64,000 bases of DNA from an uncultured Gammaproteobacteria bacterium (GCA_951812995.1 CATOTD010000002.1:707468-771467), one strand, 5' to 3'; counted from the stretch's first letter, positions 42,339-53,675 are shown. Numbers and translations: made by a program. Notes: generated by a model from the sequence alone, not told the origin.

Positions 42339-43184
42339 ATGGGATACACTATAGAGATGGATGATAAAAACAAAATCATTACCCGGTTTGAGGCGACAGA
42401 TGATGCGCCGCAAAGTATATCTACCCAGCATGGAGAAATAGCCTGTTATTCAAACCGATCACCCCACAAGACAGATATTACCCATAACAAAAATGCGGTA
42501 AATGAAGATGCCTTAGGCATCATTCCAATCGCTGCAGACACAACCGTGCTGGTTATTGCCGATGGACTTGGCGGTATGCCTGCTGGCGAGCAGGCCTCAC
42601 AAATCATGATCGAATGTTTAATGTCCGCCTTAAACAATACCGGCATAGTCGTGCGTGAGGCCATCTTAAATAGCATTGATAAAGCGCACAAAACAATACT
42701 GGATCTGAAGATCAATGCGGGCACAACTGTATCTATTGTTGAATTAACGGGTCATAAATTAAGGACTTATCATGCTGGAGATTCCTCAATTTTGCTTATT
42801 ACAAATCATGGCAATATCAAGTATCAGACACTTTTTCATTCACCCGTTGGCTACGCACTTGCCTGCGGGGTGCTGAATCAAGAACAGGCTATGCGTCACC
42901 CGGAACGCAATTTCATATCAAATTATGTGGGTTGTGCAGGCCTGTATGTCACTATGAGCGGCATTATCGAACTTGATCCAAATGACACCATCATGCTTGC
43001 GAGTGATGGTCTGACTGACAATCTATACGATAAAGAAATCTGCACGTTTATGCGTCATGGATCTTTGTTGGAAGGCACTAAAGAACTTATATCGCAGTGT
43101 AATAAAAATATGCACGAATCCCGGCCCGACCGACTGTGTCATCCTGATGATCTAACATTAATCGCCTTTCGACAACATACTTGA
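42339..43184 (+). CDS. PP2C-family (PPM) serine/threonine protein phosphatase
   Basis: ADGLGGMPAGEQAS and DG(L)TD motifs; no cognate kinase gene in the window. Confidence 0.75.
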   Translation: MGYTIEMDDKNKIITRFEATDDAPQSISTQHGEIACYSNRSPHKTDITHNKNAVNEDALGIIPIAADTTVLVIADGLGGMPAGEQASQIMIECLMSALNNTGIVVREAILNSIDKAHKTILDLKINAGTTVSIVELTGHKLRTYHAGDSSILLITNHGNIKYQTLFHSPVGYALACGVLNQEQAMRHPERNFISNYVGCAGLYVTMSGIIELDPNDTIMLASDGLTDNLYDKEICTFMRHGSLLEGTKELISQCNKNMHESRPDRLCHPDDLTLIAFRQHT

Positions 43185-43575
43185 CTGTCGGTCCAGCCCG
43201 ACCCGACTTGACTCACGACCGCCCCGACTCCGCCCGTCTCAACCCAGCTCAACTCACGACCGCCCCGACTCCGCCCGGCCCAGCTCAACCCGACCCTAAC
43301 CAACGCCGTCCGCCTCAACCTAGCTCAACTCAACCCCGGTCCGACTTGACTCACGCCCGCCCCGACTCCGCCCGGCCCAGCTCACCCCGACCCAACCCAG
43401 CCCTAACCAACGCCGTCCGCCTCAACCTAGCTCAACTCAACCCCGGTCCGACTTGACTCCGCCTGGCTCAACTCAACTCACGGCCGTCCCGACTCCGCCC
43501 GACCCAGCTCAACCCGGCCTGGCCTGACTCAACTCAACCCGACCCGACCCAGTCCGACCCGGCCCGACCCAGCCA
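43179..43575 (+). repeat. Dispersed repeat element: ACTTGAC junction overlapping the PP2C stop codon, followed by ~390 bp of C-rich CGACYC-type repeats with an internal ~100-bp higher-order duplication
   Basis: Segments 43275-43350 and 43373-43458 are near-identical; the last ~15 codons of ttcA are encoded inside the array. Confidence 0.8.
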
Positions 43576-44403
43576 AGCCGCACGATCTGACGATGCACCA
43601 CCTTGATCTTTACCGAGCTGCTGAAATGAAAAAGCCGTTGTATCCAATAAATGTGATGGCACAATATTTTGCATACTGGTAAAAATAGTTTCTACTCGAC
43701 CGGGTTGTTGTTTGTTCCAATCTCTCAACATTTGCTTGATAGCCTGACGCTGCATATTGTCCTGCGACCCGCAGAGTGTACACGGTATGATAGGAAAGGC
43801 CGCGGCCTCTGCATAGGCTTTTATATCGGCCTCTGCACAATAGACCAACGGTCGAATAACGATGTTTTCTCCGTCATCACTGCGTAATTTCGCCGGCATT
43901 GATTTCAACTTGCCACCATAAAACATATTCAGAAATAGTGTTTCAATCATATCTTCGCGATGATGCCCCAACGCTATTTTCGTATACCCTTGCGCTTTAG
44001 CAAAACGATAGATAATCCCCCGGCGCAACCTTGAACATAATCCACAATAATAGGTCTTATCTGCGGGGATAACGCGCTTGACGACACTATAGGTGTCTTC
44101 TTCAATGACATGATATTCAATGCCAAGTGCATCCAGATAATCAGGCAGTACCTGTGCTGGAAAACCCGGCTGCTTTTGGTCGAGATTGACCGCGATCAAT
44201 TCAAAATCAACGGGTGCGCTGCGTTGCAGGCTTTGCAAGATATCCAACATCGTATATGAATCTGCACCGCCCGACAGGCACACCATAATCCGATCACCGG
44301 CTTCAATCATATTAAAATCGGCAATAGCACGTCCTGCATGACGACGTAAACGCTTGTGTAGTTTATCGTGGTGATACTTTTCTTTATGCAGTGCTGTAGC
44401 CAT
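43534..44403 (-). CDS. ttcA: tRNA 2-thiocytidine(32) synthetase TtcA
   Basis: Start [15 protein letters not shown]..; PP-loop CLSGGADS and the CxxC cysteines typical of TtcA. Confidence 0.9.
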   Translation of the reverse strand: MATALHKEKYHHDKLHKRLRRHAGRAIADFNMIEAGDRIMVCLSGGADSYTMLDILQSLQRSAPVDFELIAVNLDQKQPGFPAQVLPDYLDALGIEYHVIEEDTYSVVKRVIPADKTYYCGLCSRLRRGIIYRFAKAQGYTKIALGHHREDMIETLFLNMFYGGKLKSMPAKLRSDDGENIVIRPLVYCAEADIKAYAEAAAFPIIPCTLCGSQDNMQRQAIKQMLRDWNKQQPGRVETIFTSMQNIVPSHLLDTTAFSFQQLGKDQGGASSDRAAWLGRAGSDWVGSG

Positions 44404-44405
44404 TA

Positions 44406-44783
44406 TCAGCGCTGCCCGCCAGCACACGGATAGTTTTTATTAAGTGCTTCAACGACTAAATTTTGCGCTTCATCTTCTGAGCGTGTCGATTGTGCTTGCA
44501 AATAGGCCATTACATTCTCTGTTGCCGCTTCTAGGCGAACCACCTGTGGATCTATACAAAAAATAGGGGCACTCTGCTCTTGTTGCTGGATGCCTAATAT
44601 AGTTTGCACTAAGCCGAAAACGTAGCGCATACAATACTGATTTGGCTTGCCCGGGCTGTATCCTTCTGCACAAGCGGCTAATAGTTCACCGGCGGTTATT
44701 AATGGCGGCTCTTCTGCCTCGGCCGATACTATTTTCGAATTAAACAATCCCGTGCTTATTAAGGAACCTCTGATTAATTCCAT
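44406..44783 (-). CDS. Hypothetical protein; apparent start codon and first 8 codons are supplied by the left end of the adjacent IS5/InsH-like element (likely 5'-truncated gene)
   Basis: Minus-strand ATGGAATTAATCAGAGGTTCCTTA lies inside the IS inverted repeat at 44757-44783. Confidence 0.4.
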   Translation of the reverse strand: MELIRGSLISTGLFNSKIVSAEAEEPPLITAGELLAACAEGYSPGKPNQYCMRYVFGLVQTILGIQQQEQSAPIFCIDPQVVRLEAATENVMAYLQAQSTRSEDEAQNLVVEALNKNYPCAGGQR

Positions 44784-45963
44784 AATTTGCCATAATATGC
44801 GATAATACCGCAATGTTTTAAGTGGAGGGTCAAAAGATGCAACAAAAAAGCTTGGCAGTATCTGGATTCGAGAAATACCGCAAGCAGACACGCAAAGAGA
44901 TATTTCTCGAAGAGATGAATCAGCTCATTCCCTGGCAAGCGCTGACTGCAGTAATTGAGCCTCATTACCCCAACCCCCGGGGTGCTGGTCGCCGTCCGGT
45001 GGGCCTGGAACGCATGCTGAGAATTGACTTCCTGCAACACTGGTTTGCCTTATCTGATCCTGCCACAGAAGCGGCTTTATATGACACACCTGCCATGCGG
45101 TGTTTTGCCCAGATAGACTTAGGTCAGGAACGCATGCCAGATGCAACCACCCGCTGTCAATGCCGTCATCTACTGGAGGAGAACAACCTCGGAGTTGCCC
45201 TGTTTGATGCTGTTGCCGTCTATCTGGAGGAAAACGGCATGAAAGTATCCAAAGGCACTATTGTTGATGCGACCATCATCAATGCGCCTACCGCCACCAA
45301 GAACAAAAGCAACACCCGTGACCCTGATAGGCATCAGACCAAACAAGGCAAGCCATGGTACTTTGGCATGAAGGCACACATCGGTGTGGATAGCAAAACC
45401 AAACTGATACACTCGGTTGTTGCCACACCAGCCAATGTCCACGACTCACAGGTACTTGGAGACCTACTGCATGGAGAAGAGACCCGTCTTTGGGGAGATA
45501 GTGCCTATGCGGGTCAGCAATCCGTACTCAAGGATAATGACCCCAAGGCAAAAGACTACACCCAGGTCAAAGGCTCACGTCACCGCAAACTGACCGAACA
45601 GGACAAGGCTAAAAACCGGCACAAATCCAAAGTCCGTGCCAAGGTTGAGCATGTCTTTCATATCATGCAGCGACAATATGGATTTACCAAAGTCAGATTC
45701 AAAGGGCCAGGCAAGAATGCGGACCACCTGTTTGCCCACTGTGCCCTGATTAATCTTATGCTATCAAAGAAACAATTATTACGGCTATCAGTGGCTTAGT
45801 ACGCCTGGAATAGGGGCGATAGCTGAAAACCAGTAGGCCGGGACAAGAGAAATGAAAGAGCGTAATGAGCAAGACGTTCAATGCTCGCTACTATCGAGCA
45901 CAGTGATGCCCACTTGCTTGAAAATCCTTACCTTAATTGATCAGATGTTCCTTAAAATTAAGG
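44756..45963 (+). mobile_element. IS5-family (IS5/InsH-like group) element, ~1.2 kb; transposase 44822-45799 looks intact
   Basis: 325-aa DDE transposase closely resembling E. coli IS5 InsH. Terminal IRs: left ttaaggaacctctgattaatt, right (reverse complement) ttaaggaacatctgatcaatt. Confidence 0.8.
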
Positions 45964-46150
45964 GAATGATATACTTATTGACCCCAGAATCAACATATTG
46001 GCTACTTTTTTACTAAATCCACCCACTTATAACGTCTTGCTAATTCACGCTTTGGTGGCGGGTTAGCTGGCATCTTTTGCTTGCTGGCACCAGATGAGGT
46101 CGCTTGTTTGATAAATCAACCTAATCGTTCTTGTTCTTTTTTATTCATTT

Positions 46151-47147
46151 TTAGTTTTCAATAACATCCTGGAGGAGTCCCCAATTTTTCCATTGGTTTG
46201 GAATTAGGTCGGCACCAGCACCAGTATATACCATCCAGCGGGCTTTGAAGTTTTGAGAATTTTTATTGGCGACAATGCCGCCGAATAGGTTCTTTTTATG
46301 ATTCGCTTTTATGTAGGATCGCAAGCCGTCTACTTTTGCTCTTGCGTCTGTGATTGTGTTTCCGTTTTTCGGATCAAACAAACCAATTTTTCCGTCTTTA
46401 AACTTTACGATAAAATCTACATAAAACGGCTTCCGTTCTCCGTTTTCTTCATAGGGCACGGCAAAAAATGTTGCGTCTCGGTCGCCGTTCTTAAACCACC
46501 ATTCAATTTGATCTGATTTTTCAAGGAATTTGATAAACGCTTCTTCGGTTTTCCATTTGTTATCATAATAAAACGGCTGCATCGCTGATAATTCTGTTTT
46601 TAACTCTGTGAAGTTTCCGCAATAGTTCAAAATTTCTGGCAATTCCCAGTCGGCTGATTTTTGTAGTTCCGCTTCTCGTTTTTGAGTTTCAGCAATGTAT
46701 TTTTCTTTGGTGCTATCAATGACATTGATGAAATGTCGGCTATTTTTCGGACTTAATACAATATTTATGATTTCAGCAAAGCGGTTGGTATATGCCATAC
46801 CAAGACGCATTCTAAAAAAGTAATAAATTGCTTCTTTCAGTCTGCCGATTGAGCGATCTTCGGGATAAAAAGGCGATAAATTATTTTTTACAAAAAAGTC
46901 ATAGAGCTTTTGTAAATCAGCTTCATTTTCGGTATTGATTTTGGCTTCGCCCTTGATTTCTTTATTTGCCAATTTATCAACGTCTTCTGCCTTATAATCA
47001 GAAATTAAAGACTGTTCTAGTTTTTGCCCTTTGGTTTCAATTTTCTTTTCGAGGTCGTATTTTTTAGCCTCATCTAAAAAGATATTGATAAATTTTGGGC
47101 TTAAACGAGTCTTTTCTCGTTGTCGCAAGCGATAAACAGATGTAATT
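46151..47147 (-). pseudogene. C-terminal fragment of a restriction-enzyme-like (type III Res-like helicase/endonuclease) gene, truncated by IS256 copy 2
   Basis: Low-GC ORF; PD-(D/E)xK-like ..FYVDFIVKFKDGKIGLFDPK..; its ATG is the reverse complement of the IS256 terminal ..ATAACAT. Confidence 0.5.
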
Positions 47148-48502
47148 GATAACATAAATCATCTTTCGCAAATATGAAGAGGCGGTTTTCCTTTATCTGG
47201 TTAAATAAAAAATGACATAACCATTTATTTGACCAGGAGAAGAGTTGCCATGAGCGATGATACAAGCAAGCACTTGCACAACGTAGTCCCTATTGATGAA
47301 CAGGAACTGCAGGGCCATCTCAACAAAGTGGTACTGAAGACTGTGGAAGACACCCTTAACCAGATGCTTGATGCTGAGGCTGATGCGCTGGTGGGTGCTG
47401 ATCGATATGCACGCACTGAGACGCGCAAAGACGACCGGTCTGGTAGCTACACCAGGAAGTGCCACACAAGGGCTGGAGAGCTTGAGTTAAAGATGCCGAA
47501 GCTACGCAAGCAGACCTTTGAGATGGCCATCATAGAGCACTATCGGCACCGTGTAGCGTCAATTGAAGAGGCACTGATCGAGATGTATCTGGCAGGTGTT
47601 TCAGTACAACGTGTAGAAGACATTACCGTAGCATTGTGGGGTACCCGTGTCAGCTTAGGGACTATTTCAAAGCTCAACCAGCGTATCTATGGGCAGATTG
47701 AAGAGTGGCGTAATCGCCCCATAGGGAGTGATTTCCCTTATGTATACCTGGACGGTGTTGTGCTCAAACGCAGTTGGGGCGGTGCAGTGAAGAACGTTTC
47801 TGTTCTAGTCGCCATAGGTGTTAGGGACGATGGCTACCGCCGCATTCTAGGGATTGTTGAAGGTACTAAGGAGGATAAGGTGGGATGGTCAGGATTCCTG
47901 CGTCATTTAAAGGCACGCGGTCTCAAGGGCATCAGGTTGGTGCTCAGTGATGCCTGTCTTGGGCGCAAGGAGTCGATCGGTGACTTCTACCCTGATGCTG
48001 AGTGGCAGCGTTGTATTGTGCACTTCTACCGCAACGTCTTCAGTCATGTGTCTCGTGGTCGTGTCAAAGAAGTCTCTCGCATGTTGCAGGCTATTCATGC
48101 ATCTGAATATCTGGAATCTGCCAGGCATAAGGCCACGGAGGTCGAGAAGAAACTCAGGGACATGAAGTTATCGAGTGCGGCGGATTGGCTGGACCAGTGC
48201 ATGGAAGAGACCCTAACGTATTATCGGTTTCTGGCAGAGCACTGGATTTGCATTCGGACTAACAATCCTTTGGAGAGGATCATCCGAGAAATCAGGCGGC
48301 GAACACGAGTAGTGTGTGCATTCCCGGATGGCAACTCGGCGTTGATGCTTTGTGCGGCAAGGCTTAGACACATCGCGGGGAGCTAGTGGGGAACGCGGAC
48401 ATATCTGAACATGGATTTGCTCCAAGAGATGGATAAAGAAAAGGATTTTCAGGTAGCGTAACAACCAGATTTAAGGGAAAGCCAAATCAGAAAGTGCGAA
48501 AG
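47148..48502 (+). mobile_element. IS256-family element copy 2; intact 385-aa transposase (47229-48386)
   Basis: Only copy without the 1-bp deletion; same ends as copies 1 and 3. Confidence 0.9.
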
Positions 48503-48504
48503 CT

Positions 48505-49803
48505 GGAAGCCTCTAAAAACCGTGCATTTTGTGGTACGATCTGATTCACTTGATGTGGGAGGATTTTGTTTATGCACGCACCTGGATTGTTTGATTTGAC
48601 GGATCATTTGGCGCGGCTTTCGGCGATGGGAGATCCGCTTGAGGTTTTGGAGCGGCACGTTGATTTCGAAGTGTTTCGCCCAGTTCTTGTTGAAGTGCTT
48701 GGCTATGGGGAACGTCCCAAAGGTGGTCGCCCGCCCTATGATGCCGTTGTGATGTTCAAGGTGCTGGTCTTGGCCTTGATGCACAATCTGAGTGATGAGC
48801 GGATGGAGTTTCTCATTCGTGACCGTTTCAGTTGGCTGCGGTTCCTGGGATTTCAAATCGGGGAGCCGACACCTGATCAGAAGACGATCTGGCTTTTCAG
48901 AGAGAAGCTGACCTAGGCGGGTGTCTTCAAGGCCCTGTTTGCCGCGTTTGAAGCTCAGCTCTGCGCGCGGGGATACAAACCGGCCGGCGGTCAGATTGTG
49001 GATGCCACGTTGGTCTTTGCCCCGCGCCAGCGGATGACGAAAGAAGAGAAAGCGCGCGCCAAGGCAGGTGAGGCCGCATCTGACATCTGGCCCGATGATC
49101 TGTCCAAGGCAGCGCAGAAAGACACCGATGCGCGTTGGACGGTCAAGTATTCAAAGGCCAAGACGACCAAGGAGGGTGAGGAGGATACTGGCCTTGTCGA
49201 TATTTCGGTTCCGCACTTTGGGTACAAGAACCACGTGTCCATAGACCGCAAATGGCGCTTCATCCAGGGTGAGACTGGCACGAATGCGGCTCGCTACGAC
49301 GGGCATGAACTCTCCTCGGTTCTGGACGAGACAAACAGCTCGAAGGCGGTTTGGGCCGATACCAGGTACCGCTCGGCCAGGAATGAGGCTTGGCTGAAGG
49401 CGCAAGGGTACCGCTCACATATCCATCGCAAGAAGCCACGCGGCAAACCCATGGCCAGGCATATTCGTCGGGGCAACGCGACACGCTCCGCCATCCGCGC
49501 CTGTGTTCGGCTACGAGAAAGGGCCCATGGCTCTGACCATCCGCTCAATCGGCCAAACCCGTGCGAAGGCCCGCATGACCATGGCCAACCTGAGCTACAA
49601 CTTCCGCCGTCTCATTTTCCACGAGCGACGACAGGCCACAGCCTGACTCCGCCCAAATTCCGGAAATACCCGCCCTGGCAGTCCCAAACAGCGCAACACA
49701 GCCTCAAATACCACCGACCTTGACCTTCACACCCACTATGCGGGTGACAACGACTGGTGCTCGCGTCAAAATCCATCCAGAATCAGCGTTGTTCGAGGTC
49801 TCC
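48505..49803 (+). mobile_element. IS5-family (ISL2-like) element copy D, inserted 2 nt after the IS256 copy 2 end
   Basis: ORFs 48566-48916 and 48998-49723; in-frame TAG plus C-terminal frameshift. Confidence 0.85.
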
Positions 49804-50165
49804 AAATGGGTGCTGCTTGACCAGTGCTGGCGCAAAGCTACCCTTTCTGTCGCGGGGTGTTTCCAGCTCGAATGCGCCCTCTTCAGTGCGTAGCATTTTA
49901 TGACTGCGACCATTGCGGCTATTGGATTTTCCTGCCTACTCATGTCTGGCATAGCCAAGGTGTTCATCGAACTCGGCATTCAGCGCTGTCTCAATGCTTA
50001 CCCTGGTCAATGCCTGACGGAACGTATACAGGTCTTCTTCGGTTTTGATGCCCCTGGCAGTTTCACGTGCCAGTGATTTGATTGCTTCGGGTTGCATGTG
50101 CTTATCCTCAGCCCCTTCGGGGTAATAATCAATGATAAGCAGTTACATGGTTTTTGGGACTATCT
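49804..50165 (-). mobile_element. N-terminal fragment of the second IS256-like element (duplicate of 12831-13192)
   Basis: About 97% identical to 12831-13192; joins the right end of IS5 copy D. Confidence 0.75.
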
Positions 50166-51646
50166 ATAAAATTTTTGGGAATTATATACTTGACTCCAAC
50201 TTCACTACAAAATACAAACACAATGATTTGTTAGTTTTTTCAAGTAACAAGCTCACCATGCTCACCTGTTACCTTATGCAATTTTTCAATTGCACTCCAT
50301 TTTGGGTTAAACCATCTTTTCTTGTCTTTCGTTTGCACGCAACGACAATAAAAAGGTTTTTATCGGTTTTTTATCTTTGTTGAATACTGCAATATCAAGC
50401 GGATACTCTTTTTTGGTATCAGATGGCCTTACTTTTACACGCCACTGTGGTCGTGTTTGTAATTGTTCTTTGGGGTATCCGTAATCTTCGACAAGTGTTT
50501 CGGAAAAGACTTGTACTGCTTCTACTTCTTCTGGCGTAGCTTTTACTTCTTCACCACTTATATAGTCTTTGATGTAACCTTCTCTCATTATCGTCCTGTA
50601 TATCCGCATTCTATTTCCATTGCTTTGCTCATGCTAGCACCTCGCGATAGGTAATCCGTTTACCTATCGCGTTGCTTATAAGTGATTCTATACGTTGATT
50701 GGTTGGTAACTTACATGGTCCGTTATTCAGTCTAAAAGTCACTTCGTTCACATAGCGATGTAAGTGTTTAGTGCTGGCATGAGGCCATACCCCATACAGA
50801 CCGCGTTTGAGTAAAGCCCAGACACTTTCAATGCTATTGGTATGAATGTTGTTTGAACCCACATATTCTCCCGTACTATGGGTTACCGTACCATGCTGAT
50901 AAGCAGACTGTAAATGCTGATATGACCTGTGTTCATCTGTGTAAATGGTGGCACCATATTCCACTGAACAGCCAATCTCTTTGTGCAGGGTCGGTATATC
51001 AGTTGATGGGATAGGCTTAGCCCTTGTGCGGCCACCGTGCTCACGCATTCCGACCACTACCTGCTTGCCAGCTACGCCACGGCCTGTGCGGACTTTCTTG
51101 TGTTTGTGTTTGTTATGTTCCTTCCCACCGATATAGGTCTCATCAATCTCAACAATGCCAGAAAGTAAATTATCTGTATTATCGTTACAGGTTTCACGAA
51201 TGCGAGCCTGCATAAACCAGGCGGTCTTTTGAGTTACTCCGATTTGTTTAGATAACTGCAAGCTAGATATGCCCTTGCGCGAGGTGACAGTTAAGTAAAT
51301 AGCATACAGCCATTTATGTAGTGGTACATGAGAACGTTCAAAGATAGTGCCGGTTCTCACTGTAAACTCACTCTTGCAGTCCCGGCATAAGTAATATCCT
51401 GTCCGCTTTCCTTTGCGCGGGGTAATACGCTTAAATTCCCCATAATGAGGACAGGATATGTAATCTCCCCAGCGTTGTCCCTCAAAATACAATCTAGCGG
51501 CTTCAGCATCCGGAAACTGGCGAAATAACTCAAATGTGGATATGGTATTGTCTTTCATTGATGACCCTCCGTTTTATTGCATTTTTATGTTAGATTATAT
51601 GGGTTATTTATTGGATTCAAGTATATAATTCCCAAATTTTTATAAG
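50164..51646 (-). mobile_element. IS1595-family element bounded by ~34-bp imperfect inverted repeats; transposase 50629-51558 plus a 100-aa ORF
   Basis: Transposase has an N-terminal Zn-ribbon (CPHYGE..CRDCK) and an ISXO2-like DDE domain. IRs: ctataaaatttttgggaattatatacttgactcc (50164-50197) and its reverse complement at 51613-51646. Confidence 0.75.
50307..50609 (-). CDS. HSDR_N-like (restriction endonuclease N-terminal fold) small ORF inside the IS1595 inverted repeats; passenger gene or captured fragment
   Basis: ..EEVEAVQVFSETLVEDYGYPKEQL..YPLDIAVFNKDKK.. resembles the HSDR_N/HSDR_N_2 domain but ends early. Confidence 0.4.
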   Translation of the reverse strand: MRIYRTIMREGYIKDYISGEEVKATPEEVEAVQVFSETLVEDYGYPKEQLQTRPQWRVKVRPSDTKKEYPLDIAVFNKDKKPIKTFLLSLRANERQEKMV

Positions 51647-51659
51647 CATCTATTCTCTT

Positions 51660-51950
51660 TTAACAAATATATTGCGTATTTATAAGTATATAATTCCCTT
51701 TTTTTAATATCTCCCTCTCCTCCCTAAGTATCCGATTCTCACGCAGATGCCGAGCCTTCTCAAGCGCAAAGCTCCGCTCTGTATCCAAATCAACTTCACT
51801 CTCATGGTATGTGGCTATCCACCTGTTTAAGCGCGACAGACCAACACCCAAATCTTCCGCAACCTGACGACGCGACAAACCGCTCGTCAAAGCAATGTGT
51901 ACCGCATCCTGACGAAACGCGTCCGTCCTTACTGTTCTTATTGTACCCAT
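51660..51950 (-). pseudogene. IS3-family orfA (HTH transposase subunit) remnant, cut just after the A7 slippery site by the IS1595 insertion
   Basis: ..GLSRRQVAEDLGVGLSRLNRWI.. HTH; minus-strand TTAAAAAAAGG frameshift motif at 51697-51707. Confidence 0.7.
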
Positions 51951-52033
51951 AATTCTATCTCCTTTACTGCACGTTATACTCTATTTCGTGCGGCATTAAA
52001 CCGTGACAGGTCCAACCCGACTCAAAGTGTCAT

Positions 52034-53332
52034 TCAGGTATCATTCGTGCCTGGGATATTGATAGTTTGTCCGACTCGAATCAGGTTACTTTTCAAATCA
52101 TTGTGCCTGCGCAAGCTGTCTGTACTAACGCGATACTGTTGCGCAATAGTAGACAGTGTTTCACCACGTTCTATAATATGTTTGCGTGATGCCAATAAGG
52201 TACCTTCTGGCGCAAAATCCCGAAAATAACCACGCAAACCCGTCATTATTGCATTGACCATATTGGTTCGGTGGCGCGCACTCAATAATTTCTGTTCTTC
52301 CTGTGGATTTGAGATGAATGCAGTCTCGATCAAGATTGAAGGAATATCGGGTGACTTTAATACCGCAAACCCGGCTGATTGCACACTGCGTTTATGTACC
52401 CTACCAAGACTTTTCAAACTCTTTAATACCCGGTCGGCAACATCAATACTCGCTTCAAGGCTGGCCGTTTGTGATAAGTCCAGTAACACAGAAGCGAGCA
52501 CATCATCTTTGTCGTCCAGGCTAACGCCGCCAATCAAGTCAGATGCGTTTTCTGATGCCGCCAACCATTTTGCAGCTTCACTACTCGCCCCTTTTTTAGA
52601 CAAAATATACACTGAGGAGCCACGCACTTTTGGATCATGGAAGGCATCTGCGTGTATAGACATAAGCAAATCTGCTTTATGTTCACGTGCTTTATTTATA
52701 CGTTTGCGCAAGGACATATAGTAGTCCCCCTGACGAATCATGACCGCCCGCATACCCCGTTCTCTATTTATGATGTCCGCCAGTTGTTTTGAGATATTAA
52801 AAACAACATCTTTTTCATAAACCCCACTTGGTCCTTTGGCACCTGGATCTTCACCACCATGTCCAGCATCAATGGCAATAATGACATCACGCGGCCGGTT
52901 GCTTGTGTCGGCTTCGCGTACAGTATTTGATTTTACTTTCTGGGTATCAGCATCATAAATATCCACAACCAAACGATGCCCGTATTGTGAATTGGGCTTT
53001 AATTGGAAACTTTTATATTTAACATTTTTTTTGAGATCCAGAACAATGCGCAGATCATGACCATTACGAATCCCTGAACGCATCGCTTGCAGATACTTAT
53101 CATTCGCGCCGGGCTGGACGAGAACCTTGGCCATGGTCGTTTGTTTCAGATCAATTACAGTTCGATAAGGTGCCGTTAGCAGAGACAACTCATGCTCCAC
53201 CGGGCCACTAACATCAAACACAATACGGGTGCTGTCAGGTGCAGCCCAAACCCTTACGTTGCCGATCGTCACGGGCTTGGCAAAGGCCGATGATGATAAA
53301 AAGATGACTATACAAAATAAGCCTAATCGCAT
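52034..53332 (-). CDS. amiB: N-acetylmuramoyl-L-alanine amidase with C-terminal LysM domain
   Basis: Amidase_3 catalytic region (AIDAGHGGEDPGA, SIHADAF), AMIN-like N-domain, LysM at the C-terminus; nnr–tsaE–amiB order. Confidence 0.9.
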   Translation of the reverse strand: MRLGLFCIVIFLSSSAFAKPVTIGNVRVWAAPDSTRIVFDVSGPVEHELSLLTAPYRTVIDLKQTTMAKVLVQPGANDKYLQAMRSGIRNGHDLRIVLDLKKNVKYKSFQLKPNSQYGHRLVVDIYDADTQKVKSNTVREADTSNRPRDVIIAIDAGHGGEDPGAKGPSGVYEKDVVFNISKQLADIINRERGMRAVMIRQGDYYMSLRKRINKAREHKADLLMSIHADAFHDPKVRGSSVYILSKKGASSEAAKWLAASENASDLIGGVSLDDKDDVLASVLLDLSQTASLEASIDVADRVLKSLKSLGRVHKRSVQSAGFAVLKSPDIPSILIETAFISNPQEEQKLLSARHRTNMVNAIMTGLRGYFRDFAPEGTLLASRKHIIERGETLSTIAQQYRVSTDSLRRHNDLKSNLIRVGQTINIPGTNDT

Positions 53333-53588
53333 TTTGCTACCTCAAAAGCGGCACTTTATTTATATTCATTTGATAAGCGTCAATAGTTTCACTTTTTATT
53401 TAAAAAAGCAATATATATCCATGTTTTATATGAATAATAGTATATTTTATTGGAGAGTCAACTGGTATGAGGAAAGACTTGTCAGCAACGTTTACAGGCC
53501 GAGACCTTTGCAGAAAATACCGCATTTGAAGATTTTTTATCCCGTCTATGGCCGACGGCAATGGTTCAATGTTCAGCCACTGGGCATG

Positions 53589-53675
53589 GTCAAGCGGAGT
53601 CGGGTCGGGTTGAGCGGAGCCGGGTCGGGTCGGGCTAGGTGTGGGTTAGTCAAGTATCGCTTTAGTGCAAAGGTC
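53589..53675 (-). repeat. Dispersed repeat element on the minus strand: head GACCTTTGCACTAAAGCGATACTTGAC overlapping the tsaE stop codon, followed by a short C-rich array
   Basis: Plus strand reads gtcaagcggagtcgggtcgggttgagcggagccgggtcgggtcgggctaggtgtgggttagtcaagtatcgctttagtgcaaaggtc. Confidence 0.8.
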
